A stretch of DNA of 64,000 nucleotides from Trypanosoma brucei (lineage: Eukaryota): contig CH464491.1 in the NCBI GenBank assembly GCA_000002445.1, positions 2,976,001 to 3,040,000 on the forward strand. Direction: 5' to 3'. How positions within the stretch are numbered: position 1 is the first letter of the stretch; each line of letters begins with the position of its first letter. Under the pieces are notes generated by a model. The model ran no database searches, was not told the DNA's origin, and saw only the letters and a list, made by a program, of their open reading frames with translations. The position numbers were made by a program, and so were the translations under genes. Below, one piece after another: positions 1 to 8,879 of this stretch.

Positions 1-429
1 TGCGCGTGTTGTGAAGCAAATTCTGTTGAACGTTCCGGTACGTACTACTGAAGGAGTGGTTGGGAGCGGTGTGTTTGTTCGTCTGTGCGTTGTTGCCGCT
101 GACCGCTGTTTTACACCGGCATAGAAGGTATGCATACATATTTCATAAAAGCAGATTAAACGCGATCACCTTCGTATGCGGGTGGCAAGAGTGTGTAGGT
201 GCAATCCAAGGGGGAGTAGAGATGACGACAGCTGATAAGGAAAACTGCGTGTGTGCTGTTGTGGACCGAAGCGCTTCGGTCTGCATCATGGATGAATGCG
301 TTGCCTCCTCTTTTTCTCCTAGATCTGTCGCGCACTACAGGAAGCGTAGGAAGAGGAAGCAATAGTTTTTTTTTTTTTTTGCATATTTGCGTAGGTAACA
401 GCAACCCAGAAAGTGATTTAGGGTTATGA

Positions 430-2121
430 ATGCAATCAACGTCTGCAGGTAGCGACTTCGCACTTGGCACATCGGTTCCGCCGTTCTTGGAGCTCTTGCC
501 ACTACTTGTCATCTTGCTGATATTCGCGTTTGGTATCCAGGCTGTTGTTCTTCTTTCAAAGTCGCGGTGGGAGGATCAGCAGGGAAACGGTGAGGGTGAG
601 GTGGTGCGCACCATCACAGGGACGTTTTACCGCAGTAGCTTTTACCATCGTTTCTATGAAAACTCGAAGTGCGAGCACACAGGTATTCTCTTGAGCTCTA
701 CCTTGCTTAATATCGCAAGACATGTGCAGAACGGCTCGAAACAGCTGGTGTGCACAACGGTTTACCCACGCGATGCTCGACACGGACCCGACAAGCAGTC
801 CGTGCTATTCCTTTTTGACCCACTGAAAAGTGATTCGGAGTTGGTACTGGGACCCTCTTCCTTTGAGTCTACCGGCTTCTTTTACGCAGGTGTTGCGCTC
901 CGGGGGTTTAATTTACGTGATCAGCTCCCCCGTTACGCTGTGGCAAGCCTCCCAACGTGTGGCATGTGGATTACGGTGGATGACGGCATTGAGGTCACGT
1001 ACCAGCGATGCCGGAAAGATGAAGACTTTGCACAGAGGGTGGATCATGTATTGTATCTGAAAGCGCGTGGGCCCGGCGCCGCGCAAAAACTCGAACGATT
1101 TGTTGATCAGTCGCTGAAGGAGTACATATCAAACCTTCCCCGCACGGCCGGTGGCCAGCAGTATCACTTCCAGTTGACCGGCGGGGAGAAGACATTACAA
1201 TTTACGAAGCAACTACTCTCCACATCAAAGACATTCGACACGTTGTTTTTCTCACAAAAAGATGAATTGCTGTCGCGCCTCGAGCAGTTTGTCGAAAAAA
1301 AGGGGCGCTTCGCTATCGAGGGGTTTCCTTACAAATTGGGTTTCCTTGTGTACGGGGAGTCAGGTGTGGGTAAAACCGCTCTGGTCTCCGCCATCGCTGC
1401 TTACACGGGTCGACATGTTATTTCGCTACATCTTCCTATCATTTCAACGGACCAGCAGCTTTCCGACATCTTTCTTACCCGAACGCTGCGTTGCACTAAA
1501 GATTTTCAACCTTTTGTATACGAACTTGATGATGTTATTTTTCTGTTTGAGGACGTCGACGCAAGCGATGACCTTGTTCGCTGCCGGCAGGCGTCAACGG
1601 GACAAGGACCAGAGGGGGGAAACCAGTGTGGATATGGTTTGGGAGGCGTTGCCTCACAACAGGCGCGATGTGATGGTAGGTACAAAGTCCCGGGTCTCTC
1701 GGGGTTTCTTAACGTTCTTGATGGCGTGGTTGACATGCACTCCCTAATTGTAGTAATGACAACGCGAGACCCCAATGACATTGATTCAGCCCTCCTTCGA
1801 CCTGGGCGTTTTGGATACAAGATTCACATGGAGAATATGCGAACGGACGAGCTAGTGGGGCTGGTAGGACTACACTTTGGAACTGAACAACGACACACGG
1901 CAGAGGTGGAGGGGAAAACAGAAGGGGAACGCAGTGTGAATGCGGGAAGAAACTTATACCGCCTCAGCAGGGCCGACGAGAAGACGGTTCGTGAGTATAT
2001 TGTGTCTCGGTGTGGAGAGGAATTTTCAATTAATGGTAGAGTTGCAGAGGCTATGTGTATGGGTAGTGACACCTTGGATGAATTCTTGGCGCGACTTGCT
2101 AAATGGTACGGTGAAAAGTAA
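430..2121 (+). CDS. AAA+ ATPase, BCS1-like (mitochondrial chaperone family)
   Basis: 563-aa ORF. Walker A GESGVGKT, Walker B hhhhDVDA (FLFEDVDA), sensor/Arg-finger region VVMTTRDPNDIDSALLRPGRF. N-terminal hydrophobic segment as in BCS1. The first ATG in the ORF may not be the true start. Confidence 0.7.
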   Translation: MQSTSAGSDFALGTSVPPFLELLPLLVILLIFAFGIQAVVLLSKSRWEDQQGNGEGEVVRTITGTFYRSSFYHRFYENSKCEHTGILLSSTLLNIARHVQNGSKQLVCTTVYPRDARHGPDKQSVLFLFDPLKSDSELVLGPSSFESTGFFYAGVALRGFNLRDQLPRYAVASLPTCGMWITVDDGIEVTYQRCRKDEDFAQRVDHVLYLKARGPGAAQKLERFVDQSLKEYISNLPRTAGGQQYHFQLTGGEKTLQFTKQLLSTSKTFDTLFFSQKDELLSRLEQFVEKKGRFAIEGFPYKLGFLVYGESGVGKTALVSAIAAYTGRHVISLHLPIISTDQQLSDIFLTRTLRCTKDFQPFVYELDDVIFLFEDVDASDDLVRCRQASTGQGPEGGNQCGYGLGGVASQQARCDGRYKVPGLSGFLNVLDGVVDMHSLIVVMTTRDPNDIDSALLRPGRFGYKIHMENMRTDELVGLVGLHFGTEQRHTAEVEGKTEGERSVNAGRNLYRLSRADEKTVREYIVSRCGEEFSINGRVAEAMCMGSDTLDEFLARLAKWYGEK

Positions 2122-2364
2122 CGCTATTCGTTGTTATGCAGAACAACTGTGTTTTCGTTTCATTTAAGGTCGATGTTAAAGCACGGGTTTTAACCACGTA
2201 CATTTGGAGGGCTGCATCACTTGCACATCAGATGCAACTTTTTGTCGTGCGGGGCCCCCCCTTACGCGATATTTGGGTCCCTCTACCTGCTTCTTCTTCA
2301 TTTGGTTTTTGGCGTAGCAAGCTGAGTAGCGCAAGGCTAACCGCTCTATTTTCTGCCCACAATC

Positions 2365-3321
2365 ATGGCTGTCGCTTACGAAGGACAACTGACGGGTCAC
2401 CGTGGCTGGGTTACATCCCTCGCCTGCCCACAAACGCCTGAAACCGCAACGAAGGTGGTATCCACATCCCGGGACAAGACCCTTCTTTCATGGGGCCCTA
2501 ACCCCGACCGGCACAGCAGTGAGTGCAGCTATGGCCTTCCCGACAGGCGTCTGGAGGGGCACAGCGCATTTGTGTCTGACGTTGCCCTTTCCAACAACGG
2601 GAATTTCGCTGTGTCTGCGTCATGGGACCATTCCCTGCGCTTGTGGAACCTGCAGAACGGACAATGCCAATACAAGTTTCTTGGCCACACAAAGGACGTA
2701 CTCTCCGTGGCCTTCTCTCCCGACAACCGACAGATTGTCTCCGGTGGTCGTGACAACGCTCTGCGCGTATGGAATGTCAAGGGCGAATGCATGCACACTC
2801 TGAGCCGCGGTGCTCACACCGACTGGGTGAGTTGTGTCCGCTTCTCCCCGTCTTTGGATGCCCCTGTCATCGTCTCTGGTGGTTGGGACAACCTGGTGAA
2901 GGTCTGGGACCTCGCTACCGGGCGACTTGTCACGGACCTTAAGGGACATACAAACTATGTCACATCTGTGACCGTTTCCCCTGACGGTTCCCTCTGTGCA
3001 TCTTCCGACAAGGACGGCGTCGCTCGTCTGTGGGACCTGACTAAGGGTGAGGCCCTTTCTGAGATGGCCGCTGGTGCGCCTATCAACCAAATCTGCTTCT
3101 CCCCCAACCGTTATTGGATGTGTGCGGCTACCGAAAAGGGCATCCGCATCTTTGACCTGGAGAACAAGGACATCATCGTCGAGCTTGCGCCGGAGCATCA
3201 GGGCAGCAAAAAGATTGTCCCGGAGTGCGTTTCCATCGCGTGGTCTGCGGATGGTAGCACCCTGTACTCTGGGTACACGGACAATGTCATCCGTGTCTGG
3301 GGTGTATCGGAGAACGCGTGA
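2365..3321 (+). CDS. RACK1: RACK1 / receptor for activated C kinase (WD40 Gbeta-like), tandem copy 1
   Basis: 318-aa seven-WD40 protein with GH...WD repeats throughout. N-terminus MAVAYEGQLTGHRGWVTSLACP and overall layout match trypanosomatid RACK1/TRACK/LACK. Confidence 0.93.
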   Translation: MAVAYEGQLTGHRGWVTSLACPQTPETATKVVSTSRDKTLLSWGPNPDRHSSECSYGLPDRRLEGHSAFVSDVALSNNGNFAVSASWDHSLRLWNLQNGQCQYKFLGHTKDVLSVAFSPDNRQIVSGGRDNALRVWNVKGECMHTLSRGAHTDWVSCVRFSPSLDAPVIVSGGWDNLVKVWDLATGRLVTDLKGHTNYVTSVTVSPDGSLCASSDKDGVARLWDLTKGEALSEMAAGAPINQICFSPNRYWMCAATEKGIRIFDLENKDIIVELAPEHQGSKKIVPECVSIAWSADGSTLYSGYTDNVIRVWGVSENA

Positions 3322-3669
3322 GGCAGCTAAAGGGCATGTGGTATAAGTGGTTTAATTTTGTGCTTTCTGCGCCTTTTCCCGGGCGTGCATACAGTTGCAC
3401 GTAACCTAGAAGGGTGTCGCTTGCAATTTTCATTTGGTCAGCAGTTGGAGCTGTCTTTATTTTTTCTTTTTCACCTAACATTTAATGGCCGCGCTTTTGG
3501 GTACGGAGGTGCGCAGCGTGTAACGTTGGATTTTGTATGCAACTTTTTATCGTGCGGGGCCCCCCCTTACGCGATATTTGGGTCCCTCTACCTGCTTCTT
3601 CTTCATTTGGTTTTTGGCGTAGCAAGCTGAGTAGCGCAAGGCTAACCGCTCTATTTTCTGCTCACAATC

Positions 3670-4626
3670 ATGGCTGTCGCTTACGAAGGACAACTGACGG
3701 GTCACCGTGGCTGGGTTACATCCCTCGCCTGCCCACAAACGCCTGAAACCGCAACGAAGGTGGTATCCACATCCCGGGACAAGACCCTTCTTTCATGGGG
3801 CCCTAACCCCGACCGGCACAGCAGTGAGTGCAGCTATGGCCTTCCCGACAGGCGTCTGGAGGGGCACAGCGCATTTGTGTCTGACGTTGCCCTTTCCAAC
3901 AACGGGAATTTCGCTGTGTCTGCGTCATGGGACCATTCCCTGCGCTTGTGGAACCTGCAGAACGGACAATGCCAATACAAGTTTCTTGGCCACACAAAGG
4001 ACGTACTCTCCGTGGCCTTCTCTCCCGACAACCGACAGATTGTCTCCGGTGGTCGTGACAACGCTCTGCGCGTATGGAATGTCAAGGGCGAATGCATGCA
4101 CACTCTGAGCCGCGGTGCTCACACCGACTGGGTGAGTTGTGTCCGCTTCTCCCCGTCTTTGGATGCCCCTGTCATCGTCTCTGGTGGTTGGGACAACCTG
4201 GTGAAGGTCTGGGACCTCGCTACCGGGCGACTTGTCACGGACCTTAAGGGACATACAAACTATGTCACATCTGTGACCGTTTCCCCTGACGGTTCCCTCT
4301 GTGCATCTTCCGACAAGGACGGCGTCGCTCGTCTGTGGGACCTGACTAAGGGTGAGGCCCTTTCTGAGATGGCCGCTGGTGCGCCTATCAACCAAATCTG
4401 CTTCTCCCCCAACCGTTATTGGATGTGTGCGGCTACCGAAAAGGGCATCCGCATCTTTGACCTGGAGAACAAGGACATCATCGTCGAGCTTGCGCCGGAG
4501 CATCAGGGCAGCAAGAAGATTGTCCCGGAGTGCGTTTCCATCGCGTGGTCTGCGGATGGTAGCACCCTGTACTCTGGGTACACGGACAATGTCATCCGTG
4601 TCTGGGGTGTATCGGAGAACGCGTGA
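3670..4626 (+). CDS. RACK1: RACK1 / receptor for activated C kinase, tandem copy 2
   Basis: Identical 318-aa product to copy 1, with flanking UTR sequence duplicated. The two repeat units differ at a few nucleotides only, outside the sense frame. Confidence 0.93.
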   Translation: MAVAYEGQLTGHRGWVTSLACPQTPETATKVVSTSRDKTLLSWGPNPDRHSSECSYGLPDRRLEGHSAFVSDVALSNNGNFAVSASWDHSLRLWNLQNGQCQYKFLGHTKDVLSVAFSPDNRQIVSGGRDNALRVWNVKGECMHTLSRGAHTDWVSCVRFSPSLDAPVIVSGGWDNLVKVWDLATGRLVTDLKGHTNYVTSVTVSPDGSLCASSDKDGVARLWDLTKGEALSEMAAGAPINQICFSPNRYWMCAATEKGIRIFDLENKDIIVELAPEHQGSKKIVPECVSIAWSADGSTLYSGYTDNVIRVWGVSENA

Positions 4627-4997
4627 GGCAGCTAAAGGGCATGTGGTATAAGTGGTTTAATTTTGTGCTTTCTGCGCCTTTTCCCGGGCGTGCATACAGT
4701 TGCACGTAACCTAGAAGGGTGTCGCTTGCAATTTTCATTTGATCAGCAGTTGGAGCTGTCTTTTTTTTTTCTTTTTCACCTAACATTTAATGGCCACGTG
4801 TGTAACTTCCATTTTCAGGTGTGCCGCGGTGGGGTAGTGCTACTCTGCACGTGGCCTGTCCCGGTGTTTGTCTTTCGCCGTGCGATATATATATATATTT
4901 TTGGGCGTATGTATATGTACATTTGTTCCTGCTTTTGTTTTGTGTGCTGGGCGGAGGTTAGTAGGACAAGAGTGCTGTACGAATTAGATTCGCTAAA

Positions 4998-6650
4998 ATG
5001 CTGCGCCGCGGTGCGACCCTGTTGACAAGTGCCGCGGCTGGTGGATCGTCTGTGGGCAACCCGCCTGCCGTGGCTCCCGGTGTCGTTCGTTCCCTTTATC
5101 GCATGCTTCTCAGGGAAGTTAGGAAAATTGACGAATCACCCCTGTCCAAGACACTTTTCCCGCTTACAGTAGATCTCCAACACTTGACTAAGAGCCACGG
5201 ACCGCTGTATTTTCCCAATGGTCAAAAGTATATGGATATCTTGCGTGAAGTCTTTCATGACGCGGCAACACCACAAAAAGTAAATCTGGCCTTCGAGACA
5301 CTGACACGGCTTAGGTCTCATAACGAGCGAGTAACTTCAAGACTTTCCGTCTTTGAGAAAGACCGAATGCATCTCATCAACACGATGGAAGCGTCACAAC
5401 CCGACAAGGGCTTATACCGTGTTGAGCGCGCCCCATACAATGTTAACGCTACTTCGTACAGACTGCCTGTGGGAGGTGGTCCCTCCTCGTTACACTCAAA
5501 ACTGAAAATTCGGCAAGGTTATGCGGTCGAACTCGAGGAAGGCGTGGCTTTAGTTGCTCATCCGCTCTCTTCGACACACATGGACCGACGTGTGATACTA
5601 ATTTATGAAAAGGGTCCTCATTTCACCACGGGTGTCGTTCTCGACATGTTGTTTACGTACCCGCTTTCGCACGGCAACCCCATGTTTCCAGAGGTGTTTT
5701 GGGGGCACAAGGTTTATGACGGTGGCGTGTCGCAGATCAACTTCACGATGCCTCCCACCGCGCACATCAGCATCTTGCACACACTGGAACCGCCAACAGA
5801 GCCAGAGTCACCTCAGTATCTTGCCTGGCTCAAATGGAAGGATGTTAAGTCAAAATCTAGGAACACAGAGACGACAGCGGAGCATCCTCGGCTCCTATGT
5901 AAGCCCTTGATTCGGGGCGGTGTATTGGATGACGGGACGGTCGAGCCTACGCTGTACCTTTCTAAGGTGGAGGCGCTGCCTTACTTGGCCCAGCTCGTGC
6001 CGGGAAAGCCGCGCTCTTCCGCTAGGGTGTACTGGGGTAATATGCGATGGCCAACCCGCCAACTGGAGGCGGAGGTGGCGAATGGACACTGGATTCCAGT
6101 CAAGCTTTCGCCAACGTTTTTTGGACCATTTCCGTTGATGGCGGAGTCGGGGAGGGCGGACATGTTTCCAACGGTCGCGGAACTGAAGGGCATGAAGGAA
6201 ACCCGTGAGCGACGGTACGGCGTGGATGTTTCGTTGCCGCAGGTTTTCCCTCCGGATCGAATCCTTCGCCGCCGCGAGTGTCTGTGGGACCAAATTATGT
6301 ACTGTCTTGGCGGTGAATACCGTTCCTTGGTTGGTTGTTTCAACCCATTTCTAGAAAGCACGCAGGGCGTGCTACCGTACGACTTGCCGTCCCCACCGTC
6401 CGTCGTTGGTTGTGGGTTGAGTGATACCGAAGAAAGTGTTATGATGATGGAGGACTTAATTGATGACGCGGTTGAAAGGGGTGCTGGGGAAGAGGCGGAG
6501 AGTGGAAATTACGAGGAGGATCTTCCTTTCAGTGCGCAGATGCTCGGGGTGACCGAGGTGCAAGGCGAAGAACAGCTCGCCAAGGGTGAGAGGCCTCCCG
6601 GATCTGAAAAGGAATCAGACAATGAAGACGACGATAAAAAAAAGAGCTAA
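4998..6650 (+). CDS. Conserved hypothetical protein with AlgH/YqgE-like (DUF179/UPF0301) domain and N-terminal LYR-like motif
   Basis: 550-aa ORF. ALVAHPLSSTHMDRRVILIYEKGPHFTTGVVLD resembles the YqgE/AlgH core. The N-terminus SLYRMLLREVRK is LYR-like. The C-terminus is an acidic tail. Confidence 0.45.
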   Translation: MLRRGATLLTSAAAGGSSVGNPPAVAPGVVRSLYRMLLREVRKIDESPLSKTLFPLTVDLQHLTKSHGPLYFPNGQKYMDILREVFHDAATPQKVNLAFETLTRLRSHNERVTSRLSVFEKDRMHLINTMEASQPDKGLYRVERAPYNVNATSYRLPVGGGPSSLHSKLKIRQGYAVELEEGVALVAHPLSSTHMDRRVILIYEKGPHFTTGVVLDMLFTYPLSHGNPMFPEVFWGHKVYDGGVSQINFTMPPTAHISILHTLEPPTEPESPQYLAWLKWKDVKSKSRNTETTAEHPRLLCKPLIRGGVLDDGTVEPTLYLSKVEALPYLAQLVPGKPRSSARVYWGNMRWPTRQLEAEVANGHWIPVKLSPTFFGPFPLMAESGRADMFPTVAELKGMKETRERRYGVDVSLPQVFPPDRILRRRECLWDQIMYCLGGEYRSLVGCFNPFLESTQGVLPYDLPSPPSVVGCGLSDTEESVMMMEDLIDDAVERGAGEEAESGNYEEDLPFSAQMLGVTEVQGEEQLAKGERPPGSEKESDNEDDDKKKS

Positions 6651-7221
6651 TGTCAGGCTTTGTGTGGACACGTCTAGTGACGGCAGCGCCGCGTGTCGTG
6701 CACGCCTCAATATTCACGTCAATATATGCGGAAAACGGTGATATGTTGGAGGAGGTTTTTTGTTTCAAGTGAATAAAGTTTCGTTTAAGTAGCAGTTTGA
6801 TAGGGTGAAGACTGAGGATTGTATACGGAGGAGCCCTTGGGTTCGGTATATATATTCGGGCATATGCTAATGGTATTCAACTGTTTGTTCATAAGCATGA
6901 TATGGACCTGTTTCACTGGGTATAAAACAACCCGATTCCGCTTGCTAATTTAAACATCATTTGCCGTTGTTATTGTTGGCATTTCTTGATACCAACGTGG
7001 CACGGTGTGGCGTCAAACGAACCTAATGCGCGCATTTTTTATCTTCTTAGCTCTTCTCGCGGCTACCATTGCCCCGCTAGCTCTTTTACCATTATTATTA
7101 TTATTGGGGCCCTTTCCTTTCCACCTGAGCGTCCTTCACACGACCCTGTGGCTGAAACGGAAAAGCAGTTATTGGAGTGGTCTATTGTGTCCCCCCCTTT
7201 CCCTCCTGGCCTGTCAGTGCG

Positions 7222-7515
7222 ATGGCTGAAAAAATAGCAAGCGACAAAATCACCCTACATCTCGCGGCAAAGACTGGCATAACAGAGGCCCTGGGGAACA
7301 TGGAATGTGATCCAGCGGAGACACTCGGCAAAGTATTATCCCGCATAAAGAAGAAGCTGAAGCGTCCAGCGCTGTATTTGTTTCTTATGCGCGGTTCTGA
7401 GGGATTCATTCCAACCCCGGACCAGACAATAGGGTCACTGCTACACGCCTACGCGGAATCAAGTGATCAGCGCCACCTGTCTTTCGCTGTGTCGACGGCG
7501 ATATTTCACGGATAA
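7222..7515 (+). CDS. ATG12: ATG12-like ubiquitin-fold protein
   Basis: About 97 aa starting at MAEKIASDKITLHL. The C-terminal half LYLFLMRGSEGFIPTPDQTIGSLLHAYAESSDQRHLSFAVSTAIFHG matches the ATG12 pattern (..SFAPSPDQ.VG.L...F......L.L.Y....A.G) and ends in a C-terminal Gly. The ORF track starts earlier at 7177. Confidence 0.5.
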   Translation: MAEKIASDKITLHLAAKTGITEALGNMECDPAETLGKVLSRIKKKLKRPALYLFLMRGSEGFIPTPDQTIGSLLHAYAESSDQRHLSFAVSTAIFHG

Positions 7516-7801
7516 TGTCATCGTTTTTCTGCCGTCGTTATCAATTGCTTGTTTTGCGTTGGCTGACAACGCTTGGCCACTCCCTCTTTCACGCCCCGTT
7601 GTTAGCTTAGACTCTTTGTGCGAAAGCGTTTCTCCCTGACACTTGTCGTTCGTGCTGTTGGGCCCGCCTGTTGGCCATAACAATTTGTGTCGACTCAAAG
7701 AATCAACAAAAAGTAAACCGGGCGAAACAACACAATAGGGCCTAAGCAGACGGTTTCGGAAAAATTCAAAGTAGCAACCGTTAGCCAAGGGGAGCGAAAC
7801 G

Positions 7802-8620
7802 ATGCAAACGTCGCCGGTCCGTCTGGGGGCGCTCATCCGGTACGTATCGTTTCGGCACGCCCCTAAGTTCCGACAGCCACGCCCCGAGGAAGTTATCGGC
7901 CTACCGGTCAAGGAAACGCCGCCTCACTGCGTTCCTGCCTTTGTCCTTCCCGACTTTATCAACGAGGCGGAGGAGCGCGCACTCTTGGCGCTTACGGAGC
8001 CGTGGTTCTCGCGACTTCCGTGCAACGAGGGGCATATGGACGCACTGATACACCATTACAAGGAATTTTATCGATCCTACAAGGGGCTGATGGAGGGTGA
8101 GGGGGCGTGTGGGAGTTGTGAAGACGGATGCCGACATGTGCGTAGGGCTCTCGAGAGGTGTTGGAGCGCGGCAAGTGGATATGTTCCCGCCACGCCATTG
8201 GATGACAGAGTGCATTTCCTGCGGTTGAGCGAATGTGGGTTCATAAGGGCCCATGCCGATGACACCCGCAACTCAAGCGGCATCATTGCCGGGCTGTGCC
8301 TTGGCTCCGCAAGGGTGATGACGCTAACGCACCCCGACCACGCGGGGCAGCGAGTGGAACTCATGCTTGCTCCCCGTGCGTTTTACGTGCTTATGGGGGC
8401 GGCGAGATACAAATGGGAGCACAGCGTTGACTGGATAAGGGATGACGATGAGCACATCGAACGAGTTCGTGGCAGGGTGCCACCGGGCGAGAGATCACTA
8501 GTATTTGACGGAAAGGAAACGGAGTTTAGGCGAGGAGAGCGAACAGCTATTATTTTTCGAGGAGTTTCGCCCCTGGAGTTACTCAAACACAAGACGTTGG
8601 AAAGAAAGGGCCACACATGA
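7802..8620 (+). CDS. AlkB-like 2OG-Fe(II) dioxygenase
   Basis: 272-aa ORF. RAHADD supplies an HxD iron ligand, with downstream His residues (LTHPDH, WEHSV). LMGAARYKWEHSV resembles the AlkB-family G.aRy.W.H motif. Confidence 0.55.
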   Translation: MQTSPVRLGALIRYVSFRHAPKFRQPRPEEVIGLPVKETPPHCVPAFVLPDFINEAEERALLALTEPWFSRLPCNEGHMDALIHHYKEFYRSYKGLMEGEGACGSCEDGCRHVRRALERCWSAASGYVPATPLDDRVHFLRLSECGFIRAHADDTRNSSGIIAGLCLGSARVMTLTHPDHAGQRVELMLAPRAFYVLMGAARYKWEHSVDWIRDDDEHIERVRGRVPPGERSLVFDGKETEFRRGERTAIIFRGVSPLELLKHKTLERKGHT

Positions 8621-8879
8621 AGGGCATGATCCATCTGCACGTAAGCCGCGGCGTTTACCCAAATTGAGCTGTCATTCGCTTTCTCGGTTGGCGTGAATCA
8701 CGCGATAAATGTGTGAAGGGGGCTGAAGGATATTTTAGCAGCCCCCTGGGCGCGGTTGAGTGCGTATCGATAAAAGGGAGGGGGGCTGGGGGGCGGTCCA
8801 CGGCATGGGTGAGTGGAAGGGGACGTTTTGCCTCAGCTGCAGAGTGATACAATGTGCGTGGCCGCCACGTTACCCCCGC

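Larger units (their letters stand above)
2228..4795 (+). repeat. Tandem duplication, about 1305-bp unit x2, each unit carrying one RACK1 gene plus 5' and 3' flanks
   Basis: Sequence from about 2228 recurs from about 3537 (gcaacttttt[g/a]tcgtgcggggccccccc...). The downstream flank recurs at about 3400-3480 and 4705-4790. Confidence 0.9.

Noticed and set aside
60-512. ORFs 60-365 (+) and 156-512 (-) at the window start
   Set aside because: They overlap each other and the polypyrimidine tract preceding the AAA ATPase gene. There are no motifs, and they are probably UTR or intergenic sequence.
2122-2160. Spliced-leader-like string aacgctatt...agaaca immediately after the stop codon of the first gene
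   Set aside because: Only a 9-mer and a 6-mer match the kinetoplastid SL exon, and the remainder diverges. An SL RNA gene would sit in a dedicated tandem array. Treated as chance similarity.
2402-4503. Alternative-frame and antisense ORFs inside both RACK1 copies (133 aa +, 192 aa -, 89 aa -, and others)
   Set aside because: They are embedded in a strongly conserved WD40 coding frame. They are duplicated only because the whole unit is duplicated, and they have no independent support.
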